Origin: Myxococcota bacterium
GTDB taxonomy: Bacteria > Myxococcota_A > SURF-8
Assembly: GCA_965140415.1 (NCBI GenBank)
Contig: OZ223209.1
Span: forward strand, 2,624,001 to 2,688,000
DNA length: 64,000 nt
Direction of reading: 5' to 3'
The position numbers and the translations under genes were made by a program. Shown in pieces: positions 47,581 through 56,565 of the stretch. The stretch's first letter is position 1, and each line of letters begins with the position of its first letter. The notes below the pieces were generated by a model. The model was not told where the DNA came from and did not search any database. It saw nothing but the letters and a program-made list of their open reading frames with translations.

Positions 47581-50500
47581 GTGGAGACGGTGATGAATCA
47601 GCGTGTATTCATGGTGACGCCCCAGGACGGGCGAGCCGAGACCTATGCCTGGCTGCTGGGTGAGAAAACGGAAACAGGTTGGAACAATCATTCCTCTTTG
47701 GACATACGCACGTTTCCTTCCGATGCGGAGTTGATAAGTGAATTTCAGCAGGAAGTCACGCATCGTGGCAGCAGTCCGCTTTGCCTGATCGACAGCAACT
47801 GGGAGGATTCCAGAACGGTTGTTTCCAAATTGCGTGCGATCAATCCCGCTTCTGCCATCTTGATGATTTTCGATGGAAGGGAAGATGAATCTCCCTTGGA
47901 GATGGACGATCCCTTTATTCATTACCTCGAACGCTCAAGGGCGTCCGAAAAGCTGTACCCGATGGTGAAAACGATTATGAGTCAGTCCTCCATACCATCC
48001 GCCAAATCAACCGACACCTCAGACACCAATGCGCAAAAGGCGACGATACCCTACCGTGCGATTCTCGATGCGGTAGATTACGGTATCTGTTTATTGAAAC
48101 CGGATGCAACGCTGGTTTATGCCAACCGCGCCGCAGCCGAGCAGTTGGGATATGCAGAAAATCAACTGGTTGGCAAAGAGATTTCGGAACTGATTGCCGA
48201 TTCGGAAAATCCGCAGGACACGCGCCTGTATCAACAACTATTGGATATGTGCAGGCAGGGAAGCTCTTTCAGCGCGGATGTGTTGTTTTTACGTAGACGC
48301 AATCGAACCTTGTTTCCGGTGCGGGTGAGTCTATCCGAAGCGGATGAGCAGTTGGGCAACGATGTGCGGGTGTTTTCTTTCCAGGATGTCACCGACAGCC
48401 AGCGTTTGCAGGAGATCGTTCGCACATCGAGAGAGAAACTGTTCACGATTCTGGATTCGCTGGATGCTTCGGTGTATGTGGCGGATATGGAAAGCCATGA
48501 GATCCTGTTCGCCAATAAAAAGCTTTGGGATGCGCGAGGTAATATCATCGGCAAAAAATGCTATGAGGCCATCAAAATGCATCACGATGGTCCCTGCGAG
48601 GATTGTAACAATTTCCTGCTGGTCGATCTGAACGGCAAACCGACCGGCGTTCACGAATGGGAACAGAAAAACCCGCAAAACGACAAGTGGTACGCGATCC
48701 GAGATCAGGCGATTCAATGGTATGACGGACGCAACGTTCGCCTGGAAATCGCGGTGGATATCACCCAGATGAAAATGGCGGAGCATCAACTCGCCTCGGC
48801 GAAAATTCTGGCCGAGAAGGAACGTGACAAGCTGCGCTCCATGATCGAGGGGATGGAAGAGGGTATCATTGTTGCCAACGAATTCGATATCATTACCGAA
48901 ATCAATAGCTGGTTATTGAATACCTGGAGCAAGGCGCGGGAAGATGTTGTTGGGATGCGCCTGTGGGATCTGGACTACGAACATGTCACCGCCAGATTGG
49001 CACCGGTGCTCAACCAGTACAAAACCGGTGTGATGAAAAAGGCCATCGCCATCGATACGGAAATGTTCGGGTTGAACATTTCGCTGCGTGTGCAGCCGAT
49101 GTTTAGAAAAGGGCGTTATGTCGGGATCATTCTGAACTTCCTGAATGTCACCGATCTGGTCGCCGCTCGTCACAACGCGGAAAAGGCCAACCTGGCGAAA
49201 AGCGAATTTCTTGCCAACATCAGCCACGAAATCCGGACGCCCATCAATGGCGTGTTGGGTATGACCTCGCTGATGCTCAATACCGAATTAAGCAAGGAAC
49301 AAACCGATTACAGCAACACGATTTACAGTTGCGCCGATAACCTGCTTGAACTGGTCAACGGAATTCTCGATTTCTCGAAAATCGAAGCCGGTGAACTGGA
49401 ACTGGATGAAATCGAGTTCGAACTGGAAGATACGATCAGTGATGCCATCAACCTGATGAATGCCAAGGCCGAGGAAAAAGGGCTGGAACTGATTCTGGAT
49501 ATCAAGCAGGACGTTCCGAATTCCTTGATCGGCGATCCGTTCCGGCTGCGTCAGGTTATGCTGAACCTGGTTAACAATGCAATCAAGTTCACCGAAGAAG
49601 GGGAAATCACGGCAGGTGTGAAGCTGCGTGCACGCCACGGCGGACTTCTGGAATTGCTGTTTTACGTCAAGGACAGTGGTATCGGTATCCCGCCGGAAAA
49701 ACAGGTCGAGGTGTTCAGCGCGTTCTATCAGGCGGATTCCTCGATATCCAGACAATATGGCGGTACCGGCTTGGGCTTGACTATTTCCGCCCGTATCGTG
49801 GAGATGATGGCGGGACATATCTGGGTGGAAAGCGAAGTGGGGCAGGGGAGTACCTTTTACTTTACCGCCCGGATGCGCGAGCAGGAAAACCCGAAGGTAA
49901 CCGCCACCCCGGCGTCATTCGGTATCGATAAAGGCATGCGCACCCTGATCGTGGATGACAATGAAACCAATCGCAAAATCCTGGATGAAATGTTGCAGCA
50001 ATGGGGAATGAGCACCATCTCCTTCAGCAACGCTGCGGATGCGCTGGCCGAACTGAACTGGGCGGAGGCCGAGGACAAACCCTACGAGCTGGTGATTATC
50101 GACGCTCAGATGCCGCGCATGGACGGATTTTCGCTGGCGGAGCGCATCAAGAACAATCCCGCTCTGACCAAGAGCACCGTGATGATGCTGTCTTCCGGCG
50201 ACACCATGGGAGGCAGTGCGCGCTGCAAGAAAATCGGCATTTCCTCCTATCTGATCAAGCCGGTGAAGCACGACGATCTGCTAAAAGCGATCACGGTGGC
50301 TTTGGGACAGAGTATGAGTCCGACCATCGTTCGCGAAAGTGACATCCCGGTTGCCGAGAATTCCAAGGCGCGTAAACTGTCGATCCTCTTTGCAGAGGAC
50401 AATTTAATCAATCAGAAGATTGTGACGACGGCATTGGATCGACGGGGACATGATATCGTGCTCGCACAAAACGGCTTGGAAGTGCTGCAATTATTGGAGG

Positions 50501-51129
50501 AGCGGAGCTACGATATCATTTTGATGGACGTGCAGATGCCGAAAATGGATGGCTTTGCCGCGACGAAGGAAATTCGCAAAAAAGAGGAAGAGAGCGGAAC
50601 TCATACTCCGATCATTGCTTTGACCGCTCATGCGTTGAAGGGCGATCGGGAACGTTGCCTGGCTGCCGGCATGGACAGTTACCTTTCCAAACCCATCGAC
50701 CCGGATGACCTGATCCGTTCTGTGGAAGCATTTTCCATTGAGGAAATCGAGATACCGCAGACGGAGCATGTCAACAAGGTGTTCAATTCCGAAAGCCTGA
50801 TGAAGCGCGTCGAGGGCGATCATGCCGTTGCCGTTGAATTGACCAAGCTGTTTTTGGATGACAGCCGCAAGCACATTCGCAATCTCGACAGCGCGATTGA
50901 AAAGGCGGATTTGAACCGGATTCAGGAATTGGCGCATCTGATGAAAGGAAGTTCCGCAAGCCTGGGAGCCGAAAGGCTCAGCGAGACTGCCTTGGCGATC
51001 TGGCGCGCTTCCATTGCCGGGAAAGTGGAGAATTGCAAAGCCTTGCTGGCGGTGTTACGCGAGCAATTCCGACTGTTGGAGATCGCCATCCTTGACTTTA
51101 ACACCGAAGTCGAAGATAACAGTAATTGA
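47581..51129 (+). CDS. Cytoplasmic hybrid histidine kinase (PAS x3-HisKA-HATPase-REC-REC-HPt); start may be 47593
   Basis: [36 protein letters not shown], two receivers with Asp (IDAQMP, MDVQMP), HPt AHLMKGSS; no TM seen. Confidence 0.93.
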   Translation: METVMNQRVFMVTPQDGRAETYAWLLGEKTETGWNNHSSLDIRTFPSDAELISEFQQEVTHRGSSPLCLIDSNWEDSRTVVSKLRAINPASAILMIFDGREDESPLEMDDPFIHYLERSRASEKLYPMVKTIMSQSSIPSAKSTDTSDTNAQKATIPYRAILDAVDYGICLLKPDATLVYANRAAAEQLGYAENQLVGKEISELIADSENPQDTRLYQQLLDMCRQGSSFSADVLFLRRRNRTLFPVRVSLSEADEQLGNDVRVFSFQDVTDSQRLQEIVRTSREKLFTILDSLDASVYVADMESHEILFANKKLWDARGNIIGKKCYEAIKMHHDGPCEDCNNFLLVDLNGKPTGVHEWEQKNPQNDKWYAIRDQAIQWYDGRNVRLEIAVDITQMKMAEHQLASAKILAEKERDKLRSMIEGMEEGIIVANEFDIITEINSWLLNTWSKAREDVVGMRLWDLDYEHVTARLAPVLNQYKTGVMKKAIAIDTEMFGLNISLRVQPMFRKGRYVGIILNFLNVTDLVAARHNAEKANLAKSEFLANISHEIRTPINGVLGMTSLMLNTELSKEQTDYSNTIYSCADNLLELVNGILDFSKIEAGELELDEIEFELEDTISDAINLMNAKAEEKGLELILDIKQDVPNSLIGDPFRLRQVMLNLVNNAIKFTEEGEITAGVKLRARHGGLLELLFYVKDSGIGIPPEKQVEVFSAFYQADSSISRQYGGTGLGLTISARIVEMMAGHIWVESEVGQGSTFYFTARMREQENPKVTATPASFGIDKGMRTLIVDDNETNRKILDEMLQQWGMSTISFSNAADALAELNWAEAEDKPYELVIIDAQMPRMDGFSLAERIKNNPALTKSTVMMLSSGDTMGGSARCKKIGISSYLIKPVKHDDLLKAITVALGQSMSPTIVRESDIPVAENSKARKLSILFAEDNLINQKIVTTALDRRGHDIVLAQNGLEVLQLLEERSYDIILMDVQMPKMDGFAATKEIRKKEEESGTHTPIIALTAHALKGDRERCLAAGMDSYLSKPIDPDDLIRSVEAFSIEEIEIPQTEHVNKVFNSESLMKRVEGDHAVAVELTKLFLDDSRKHIRNLDSAIEKADLNRIQELAHLMKGSSASLGAERLSETALAIWRASIAGKVENCKALLAVLREQFRLLEIAILDFNTEVEDNSN

Positions 51130-51278
51130 TATGGAGACGTGAAGAAGGATTGTACTCCTTCTTTACAAATCGAGAGGGGCGTGTGGTATATATCATCCGA
51201 TCTGTGGAAAGGTGATGTTGCTCTTTCGGTCATACTCGTTTTTTGTGCTGTTTTGTCTTTGATTTGGGATAAGCGATC

Positions 51279-51629
51279 ATGAATTTACAAATGGATACCC
51301 AAAAAGGAATTACGATTATCCGAGTGCAGGATAGTCGTGTGGATGCCGCTCTCGCGCCTGCATTGAAGAAATACCTTCAGGGTGTAATCGATGATGGTAA
51401 TCGGGTGCTGGGAATGGATATGAGCGGCGTGCGTTTTATCGACAGTTCGGGGTTGGGAGTGTTGGTCACGACGATGAAGCGCATCGGCAATAACGGCAAG
51501 ATTGGTTTGTGGGGGCTGAGCAAGGAAGTAAAAGCCCTATTCGAATTAACCCAGTTGTACAAAGTCTTCGATATATTTGAAGTTGAAAACGACGCATTGC
51601 ACGAGTTGGAACGACATGTCCTGTCTTAA
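51279..51629 (+). CDS. STAS-domain anti-anti-sigma factor (SpoIIAA/RsbV-like)
   Basis: DMSGVRFIDSSGLGVL with phospho-acceptor Ser; FELTQLYKVFDIF. Confidence 0.92.
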   Translation: MNLQMDTQKGITIIRVQDSRVDAALAPALKKYLQGVIDDGNRVLGMDMSGVRFIDSSGLGVLVTTMKRIGNNGKIGLWGLSKEVKALFELTQLYKVFDIFEVENDALHELERHVLS

Positions 51630-52047
51630 ATGCATCGATATTCCACCAAAATTGGAAAAGGTTCGAGAAGTCTGTGAAGAGATGACGCAAACCGTGTTAG
51701 AGGCCAGCGGCGATGCCGATTTGACGTTTCGCGTGAACATCGGTTTGACGGAGGCGCTTACAAATTCGATCGTACATGGATGCAGGAATTGCAAAACAGA
51801 GGTCGAAATCGGCTATTCCGTTAAAGATGAGCTTCACGTATTCAGCATCACAGATCCCGGTCAGGGGCCTTGCGACGAAAGCATCAAGTTCCCGAAGTTG
51901 GACGAGGATTTACTCAGTGAACATCATCGCGGCAACGTCATCATCAAGTGGGCTGCGGATGAAATCTCTTTTCAACGGCTGGAAAAAGGTTTCACGCTTA
52001 CACTGGGATTTCGGTCCAGACCGCTAGAAGAGCGGAAAATCTTATAA
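51616..52047 (+). CDS. RsbW/SpoIIAB-like anti-sigma Ser kinase
   Basis: EALTNSIVHG N-box, ITDPGQG G1 box, divergent G2 (HHRGNVII); overlaps the STAS gene. Confidence 0.82.
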   Translation: MSCLKCIDIPPKLEKVREVCEEMTQTVLEASGDADLTFRVNIGLTEALTNSIVHGCRNCKTEVEIGYSVKDELHVFSITDPGQGPCDESIKFPKLDEDLLSEHHRGNVIIKWAADEISFQRLEKGFTLTLGFRSRPLEERKIL

Positions 52048-53514
52048 CCCTACCCATTGTTTGGCGCGCTTGCGACCGATCAAAGGCGAGGCCAGTTTGG
52101 CCAATGCGATGCGTGCATCCATTTTCAGGCTGCGCTTTTTGGCATAGAGCGCCTCTGCGATACGGCTTTCGTCCTCATCTTCACTTAAATCCGCAATACC
52201 GGTAATGCCAGGAGGCGTAGCGAATCGCCCCAGCATCCAGTCTTCATTCAGATTTTCAGCTTGTTCGGGCGTGAGTGGGCGAGGGCCGATCAGTCGCATG
52301 TCGCCTTTCATGACGCTGACCAAAGACGGCCACCATTGCAGAAACGCTTGTTTCGAACTGATACTCATCATCTGGAAGCGCGGCAGGTATACCACATCTC
52401 CGCTGCTGTCGATCTTTCCCGATCCCAGTTTTTCTTCCAAGTTCAATGCGTGCTGGTTCCGGTGGCGGCTTAAAAGAGAAGAAGCCACGCCGAACGGCGC
52501 AAGAGAAACGAACAGTCCAAGGGCCAGACTGCGATGCACCAGCGAATCCAACATGCCGGGGAGCATTTGCTCGCTCACGTTCCCAAGCAAGAATGGATCG
52601 GAAACGACTACCTTGAAATCGCTGTCCACTCCGAAAAGAAGGTTGTGAGATACGACATTGTGATCCAGGCGTGTCATTTCACCGATGTAGGAATTGGCCA
52701 GCACGACGCTGGATTCGATATGAGCTTTTCTCGCGACGATGGTATTGTCACCGATTACGGCATCCGGACCGACTTCCGCACCAGGCATGATTTGCGAATG
52801 GTGTCCGATCAGCACCGGTGGCGTGATTTTCGCCTTGGGATGAATGTTGGCGTTACGACCGACAAAGATTCCGGTACGAATTTCAATATACGGATTGTGT
52901 ACGAGCAGTTCTCCGTTGCGAAGAAGCCTGCGGTTGATATCGAGTAAGCCTTTCAAACCGTTGCCAGTAACATGCTTCAGGGGCAACTCAATGCGTTCGA
53001 CAAGAGCAGGATCTTGTTGATGCAACGTTTTAAGGTTCGAGAGCAGGTCGCCTTCCGCGTTGGCGAGAGAATCCCAGGATTTCGGAGTAAGTATGGCCGC
53101 GATGAAGGTGCTTTGTTCCTGGTCCATCAAAAGCGTGGCGGCTTTGTTTTTCGTTTGGTGCTGTTCAAGCAAATCGGATAAGGGAAGATCGCAAACCGTC
53201 AAACCGGACATCACGATCAAGGGTTCATCGAAAAGGAAACGATGTTTGAACAGGCTGCGGCATTCGTCGCCGTCGGGTTGGCCGATCAAGGTGGTGAGAC
53301 GAACGCCGAAGCGGGTGCCATCTCCGAAATAGGCGTTGATTTCGTTTAGGCCGTCACTGGCGATCAAAACAATTTCACGGATGCCGTTTTGATAGGCACG
53401 CTCGATTTGATGCTGGGCAATCGGCTTGTTCAGCAAGGGAGCCAATGGTAGGGCAACGGTTTTAGCCAGTTGTCCGAATGAACTGGCGTCGGTATGTAGC
53501 AGGACGGCTTTCAT
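52042..53514 (-). CDS. Fusion of nucleotidyltransferase-like, hexapeptide and degenerate PGT (Bac_transf) domains
   Basis: MKAVLL..PLLNKP, YFGDGTRFGV, left-handed beta-helix repeats, KGDMRLIGPRP, PGITG. Confidence 0.8.
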   Translation of the reverse strand: MKAVLLHTDASSFGQLAKTVALPLAPLLNKPIAQHQIERAYQNGIREIVLIASDGLNEINAYFGDGTRFGVRLTTLIGQPDGDECRSLFKHRFLFDEPLIVMSGLTVCDLPLSDLLEQHQTKNKAATLLMDQEQSTFIAAILTPKSWDSLANAEGDLLSNLKTLHQQDPALVERIELPLKHVTGNGLKGLLDINRRLLRNGELLVHNPYIEIRTGIFVGRNANIHPKAKITPPVLIGHHSQIMPGAEVGPDAVIGDNTIVARKAHIESSVVLANSYIGEMTRLDHNVVSHNLLFGVDSDFKVVVSDPFLLGNVSEQMLPGMLDSLVHRSLALGLFVSLAPFGVASSLLSRHRNQHALNLEEKLGSGKIDSSGDVVYLPRFQMMSISSKQAFLQWWPSLVSVMKGDMRLIGPRPLTPEQAENLNEDWMLGRFATPPGITGIADLSEDEDESRIAEALYAKKRSLKMDARIALAKLASPLIGRKRAKQWVGL

Positions 53515-53550
53515 GGAGGACTCCGACGGAATACTGAAAACACCAAACGG

Positions 53551-55569
53551 TTAAAATGCTCCATGCCCGCTTAACACGGCGGGAATGGTTTTAAGGATCA
53601 GTTTCAAGTCTCCCAGCAGGCTGCGATTCTGGATGTAGTTGCGGTCCAACAGGACTTGGGAATCGAAATTCAGCAGGCTGCGTCCGCTGACCTGCCAGAT
53701 GCAGGTCAATCCGGGAATGACCTCCAGGCGGTCCCGATGCAGCACTTGATATTGCTCCACTTCGCTGGGTATGGGCGGACGCGGTCCCACCAGGGACATG
53801 TCGCCGATCAGCACGTTGAAAAGCTGAGGCATTTCGTCGATGGAAAAACGCCGGATCACACGCCCAACGCGCGAAATGCGCGGGTCGTGTTTCATTTTGA
53901 AAATGACACCACCGGTTTCGTTCATGTGCATCAAGGCGGCTTTGCGTTCTTCTGCATCGGTATACATCGAACGGAATTTGATTATCGTGAAAATCTTGCC
54001 GTAGCGTCCGACTCGCTGTTGCTTGAAGAACACCGGACCGGAAGGATCTTCCAGTTTGATTGCGGTTGCCGTAGTCAAAAACAGGGGGGTCAGCAGAAGC
54101 AAGCCCGTTGACGATCCTGCAATATCGATTGCGCGTTTGACTTTCAGACTGCCTTCCGTAGCGATCCACCACAGGGTGCGTCGAAGGTGAAACTCGAATT
54201 CGGCTTTCAGTCGCTGGCTGGGAAGGTCGATGTCGTCGAAACGCTTGATCAACTGCGTGCGTGCCTGAGCGACGTACCATTTCCAGACGTTCATTATAAA
54301 TAGCGGATTGCCGACCAGATAGCGATTCGCCATTCTGCGTGGCTCCATTGCCAGCCGCCAGAACCATTCCAAACCGAGTTCGCGCACCCAGATCGGTGCA
54401 CGTTTAATGCGACCCGAGTAGAAGTCGAATAAGCCACCCACTCCCATCGCGACACCCACATCCAGCCGGGACAGGTTGCGGTCGATCCAGCGCTCTTGTC
54501 CGGGGACGCCGCGTGCGACGAGAAGGAAATCCGGATGAACGTGATTGATGGCGGCGATGATTTCGTCCTCTTCGGAGGAGTGATCTTCGAAGTAGCCGTG
54601 CCATGCGCCTGCAATATCCAAACCGGGAAAACGTTTGACCATGTTGCGTCGGGTTAGCTCGGATACTCCGGGTGCGGCACCCAACAGAAACAGTCGCTTG
54701 TTGTGTTCTTGGGCGTACTGGCACAGGCGCGGGAACATGTCGGTTCCGTTGACGTTTTCTTTGACTTCGGCACCGATCAGCTTTCCGGCGATTTTGATGC
54801 CGATGCCATCGGGTAGGACCATATCCGCTCGCTTGAGGATGTCGCGATAGTCGGCTTCACGAGTGCTGAGATTGAAGCAATGTGGATTTACAAACGCAAC
54901 ATGCCTGTGTCCGGCTTCTGAAAGTGCAACCAGCTTTTCAATGGCGTCGTGCATGCTTACATTGGTGATATCGATATCCTGCAAAATGAAGGAATCGGAG
55001 CGAACGGGAACGGAACCACCCAGAATCAGAGCAGGGATGGTACGAGCGAGAATGGAAAGATCCTTGCGTATACCGCGCTCGGCCAGATAGGCGCGTTCGG
55101 GAACGCTGCGACCATCGAAGGCAATGTTCATGCGTCGCCGAATGGTATACGGATCGGTCAAGCCGGGGCGAACGGAAAAGCGTACATGATCGTGCTCTTG
55201 CAATTCTTCGCACTGCTCGCTGCTAAGTGCTTCGGGTCCGACGAAAGCCAGATCGCCTTTCAGGATGCTTAAAAACAGGGGCATATCGAAGGCGTGTGTG
55301 CGTTTAAGAAATTCGATCAGCCAGCTCAAATGATTCGGCGCAACTGGTGGCCGAACTCGATACAACGTGATCGGCACTCCATGTCGCCCGATCCTGGTTT
55401 CCTTTTTAAGGATATCGAAACGACCGTTTAGAAGGCAGGTCGATGCCGCCAGCGTTGATGCGAAGAGTGTCGTAGGAACAAGCGCAGAAGAAAGCGCCAG
55501 ATCCAACAGCCTGCGTCGGAAATCTTTCAACGGCTTTTCCGTTATGGATGGCCTAAAATGGATCGTCAT
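53551..55569 (-). CDS. Tri-domain PGT-like / WecB-TagA-CpsF (GT26) / PGT priming glycosyltransferase
   Basis: N-terminal Bac_transf-like domain; VNPH, PDGIGI, NGTD, GVPGQE, GVGGLFD, LEW.WRL..EPRR; C-terminal KFRSM, DPR, IDEMPQ, GDMSLVGPRP, WQVSGRS. Confidence 0.9.
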   Translation of the reverse strand: MTIHFRPSITEKPLKDFRRRLLDLALSSALVPTTLFASTLAASTCLLNGRFDILKKETRIGRHGVPITLYRVRPPVAPNHLSWLIEFLKRTHAFDMPLFLSILKGDLAFVGPEALSSEQCEELQEHDHVRFSVRPGLTDPYTIRRRMNIAFDGRSVPERAYLAERGIRKDLSILARTIPALILGGSVPVRSDSFILQDIDITNVSMHDAIEKLVALSEAGHRHVAFVNPHCFNLSTREADYRDILKRADMVLPDGIGIKIAGKLIGAEVKENVNGTDMFPRLCQYAQEHNKRLFLLGAAPGVSELTRRNMVKRFPGLDIAGAWHGYFEDHSSEEDEIIAAINHVHPDFLLVARGVPGQERWIDRNLSRLDVGVAMGVGGLFDFYSGRIKRAPIWVRELGLEWFWRLAMEPRRMANRYLVGNPLFIMNVWKWYVAQARTQLIKRFDDIDLPSQRLKAEFEFHLRRTLWWIATEGSLKVKRAIDIAGSSTGLLLLTPLFLTTATAIKLEDPSGPVFFKQQRVGRYGKIFTIIKFRSMYTDAEERKAALMHMNETGGVIFKMKHDPRISRVGRVIRRFSIDEMPQLFNVLIGDMSLVGPRPPIPSEVEQYQVLHRDRLEVIPGLTCIWQVSGRSLLNFDSQVLLDRNYIQNRSLLGDLKLILKTIPAVLSGHGAF

Positions 55570-55605
55570 CGCTCGCTTTCTTTCTATACCTGCCCTAATG
55601 CCATC

Positions 55606-56565
55606 TTACAAGATGCTTGCGGGAACGAAAATGATGTCGTTCGGTTGAAGAACGAAATCGACGGCTTTGCCATCTAAAATATCTTCGACATCCACCACAA
55701 AACGTTCCGGTTTCGTTGTGGCGTTGCGGATCACGTTAACATGCGAGGAGCGGGCATTGGGGGAGAAGTCTCCGCCAAGCGTTATGGCCTTGGTAATGGT
55801 CATCATGCCGATCATCGGAATCACAGAAGGCTTGTTGACCTGACCGAGGATCAACACTTCATTACTGGTCAGAAGGGGAACGTAAATCACGTCTTTAGGG
55901 CGAATTCGGATGTTGTAGCGCATATCGCCTTCGTTGATCAGCGCACCGAAGTCGATCGGTAAGATGTGCGAGCCACGTGACAGATACGACCGTTGCAAGT
56001 CCGCACCGGGAACTTCCATCATGTTGACTTCCACTGCACGAAGACCGCCTGCCGTGGCGATGGCGTCGAGCAGGCGCATTTCGCCGGTGATCGTGTACAA
56101 ACCGGATGTTTTCAATCCGCCGCCTAACACCACAAATTGATTGCTGCTGAATTCGTTGATGATGATGTCCGACTTCGCGCCTTTTAGATACTGGTTCAGG
56201 CGCTCATCCAGTTCCGCTACGATTTCGCCAATCGTGCGGTTCTTGGCTCGAACTTCTCCGATTAAAGGGAAGGTGAAGTGGCCGTTGGGTTCGATTGTTA
56301 CCGAACGTGTCAGGCTTTCTTCTCCGTAAACGTATACGGTAATGGTGTCTCCGGGACCGAGTTGATAGGCACCGGCTTCGTCGCGTTCCATTTCCAGCAT
56401 TCGCTCGAAAGTGATGTCTGGTTGCGGAACTTCATACATTCGAAGCGCCAACTCGGAAACGGGCAGTTCGGGTTTTACCTTGTTGGCAACACAGCCTGAA
56501 ACCAATAGGAGAAACAAGGAAAACAGAATGATCTGGAAACGAATTATGTTGTGGTTTGTGTTCAT
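55606..56565 (-). CDS. Polysaccharide export OPX (Wza-like) lipoprotein
   Basis: Lipobox VSG-C; YQLGPGDTI, GHFTFPLIGEV PES motif; two SLBB domains; ends DIIFVPASIL. Confidence 0.9.
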   Translation of the reverse strand: MNTNHNIIRFQIILFSLFLLLVSGCVANKVKPELPVSELALRMYEVPQPDITFERMLEMERDEAGAYQLGPGDTITVYVYGEESLTRSVTIEPNGHFTFPLIGEVRAKNRTIGEIVAELDERLNQYLKGAKSDIIINEFSSNQFVVLGGGLKTSGLYTITGEMRLLDAIATAGGLRAVEVNMMEVPGADLQRSYLSRGSHILPIDFGALINEGDMRYNIRIRPKDVIYVPLLTSNEVLILGQVNKPSVIPMIGMMTITKAITLGGDFSPNARSSHVNVIRNATTKPERFVVDVEDILDGKAVDFVLQPNDIIFVPASIL

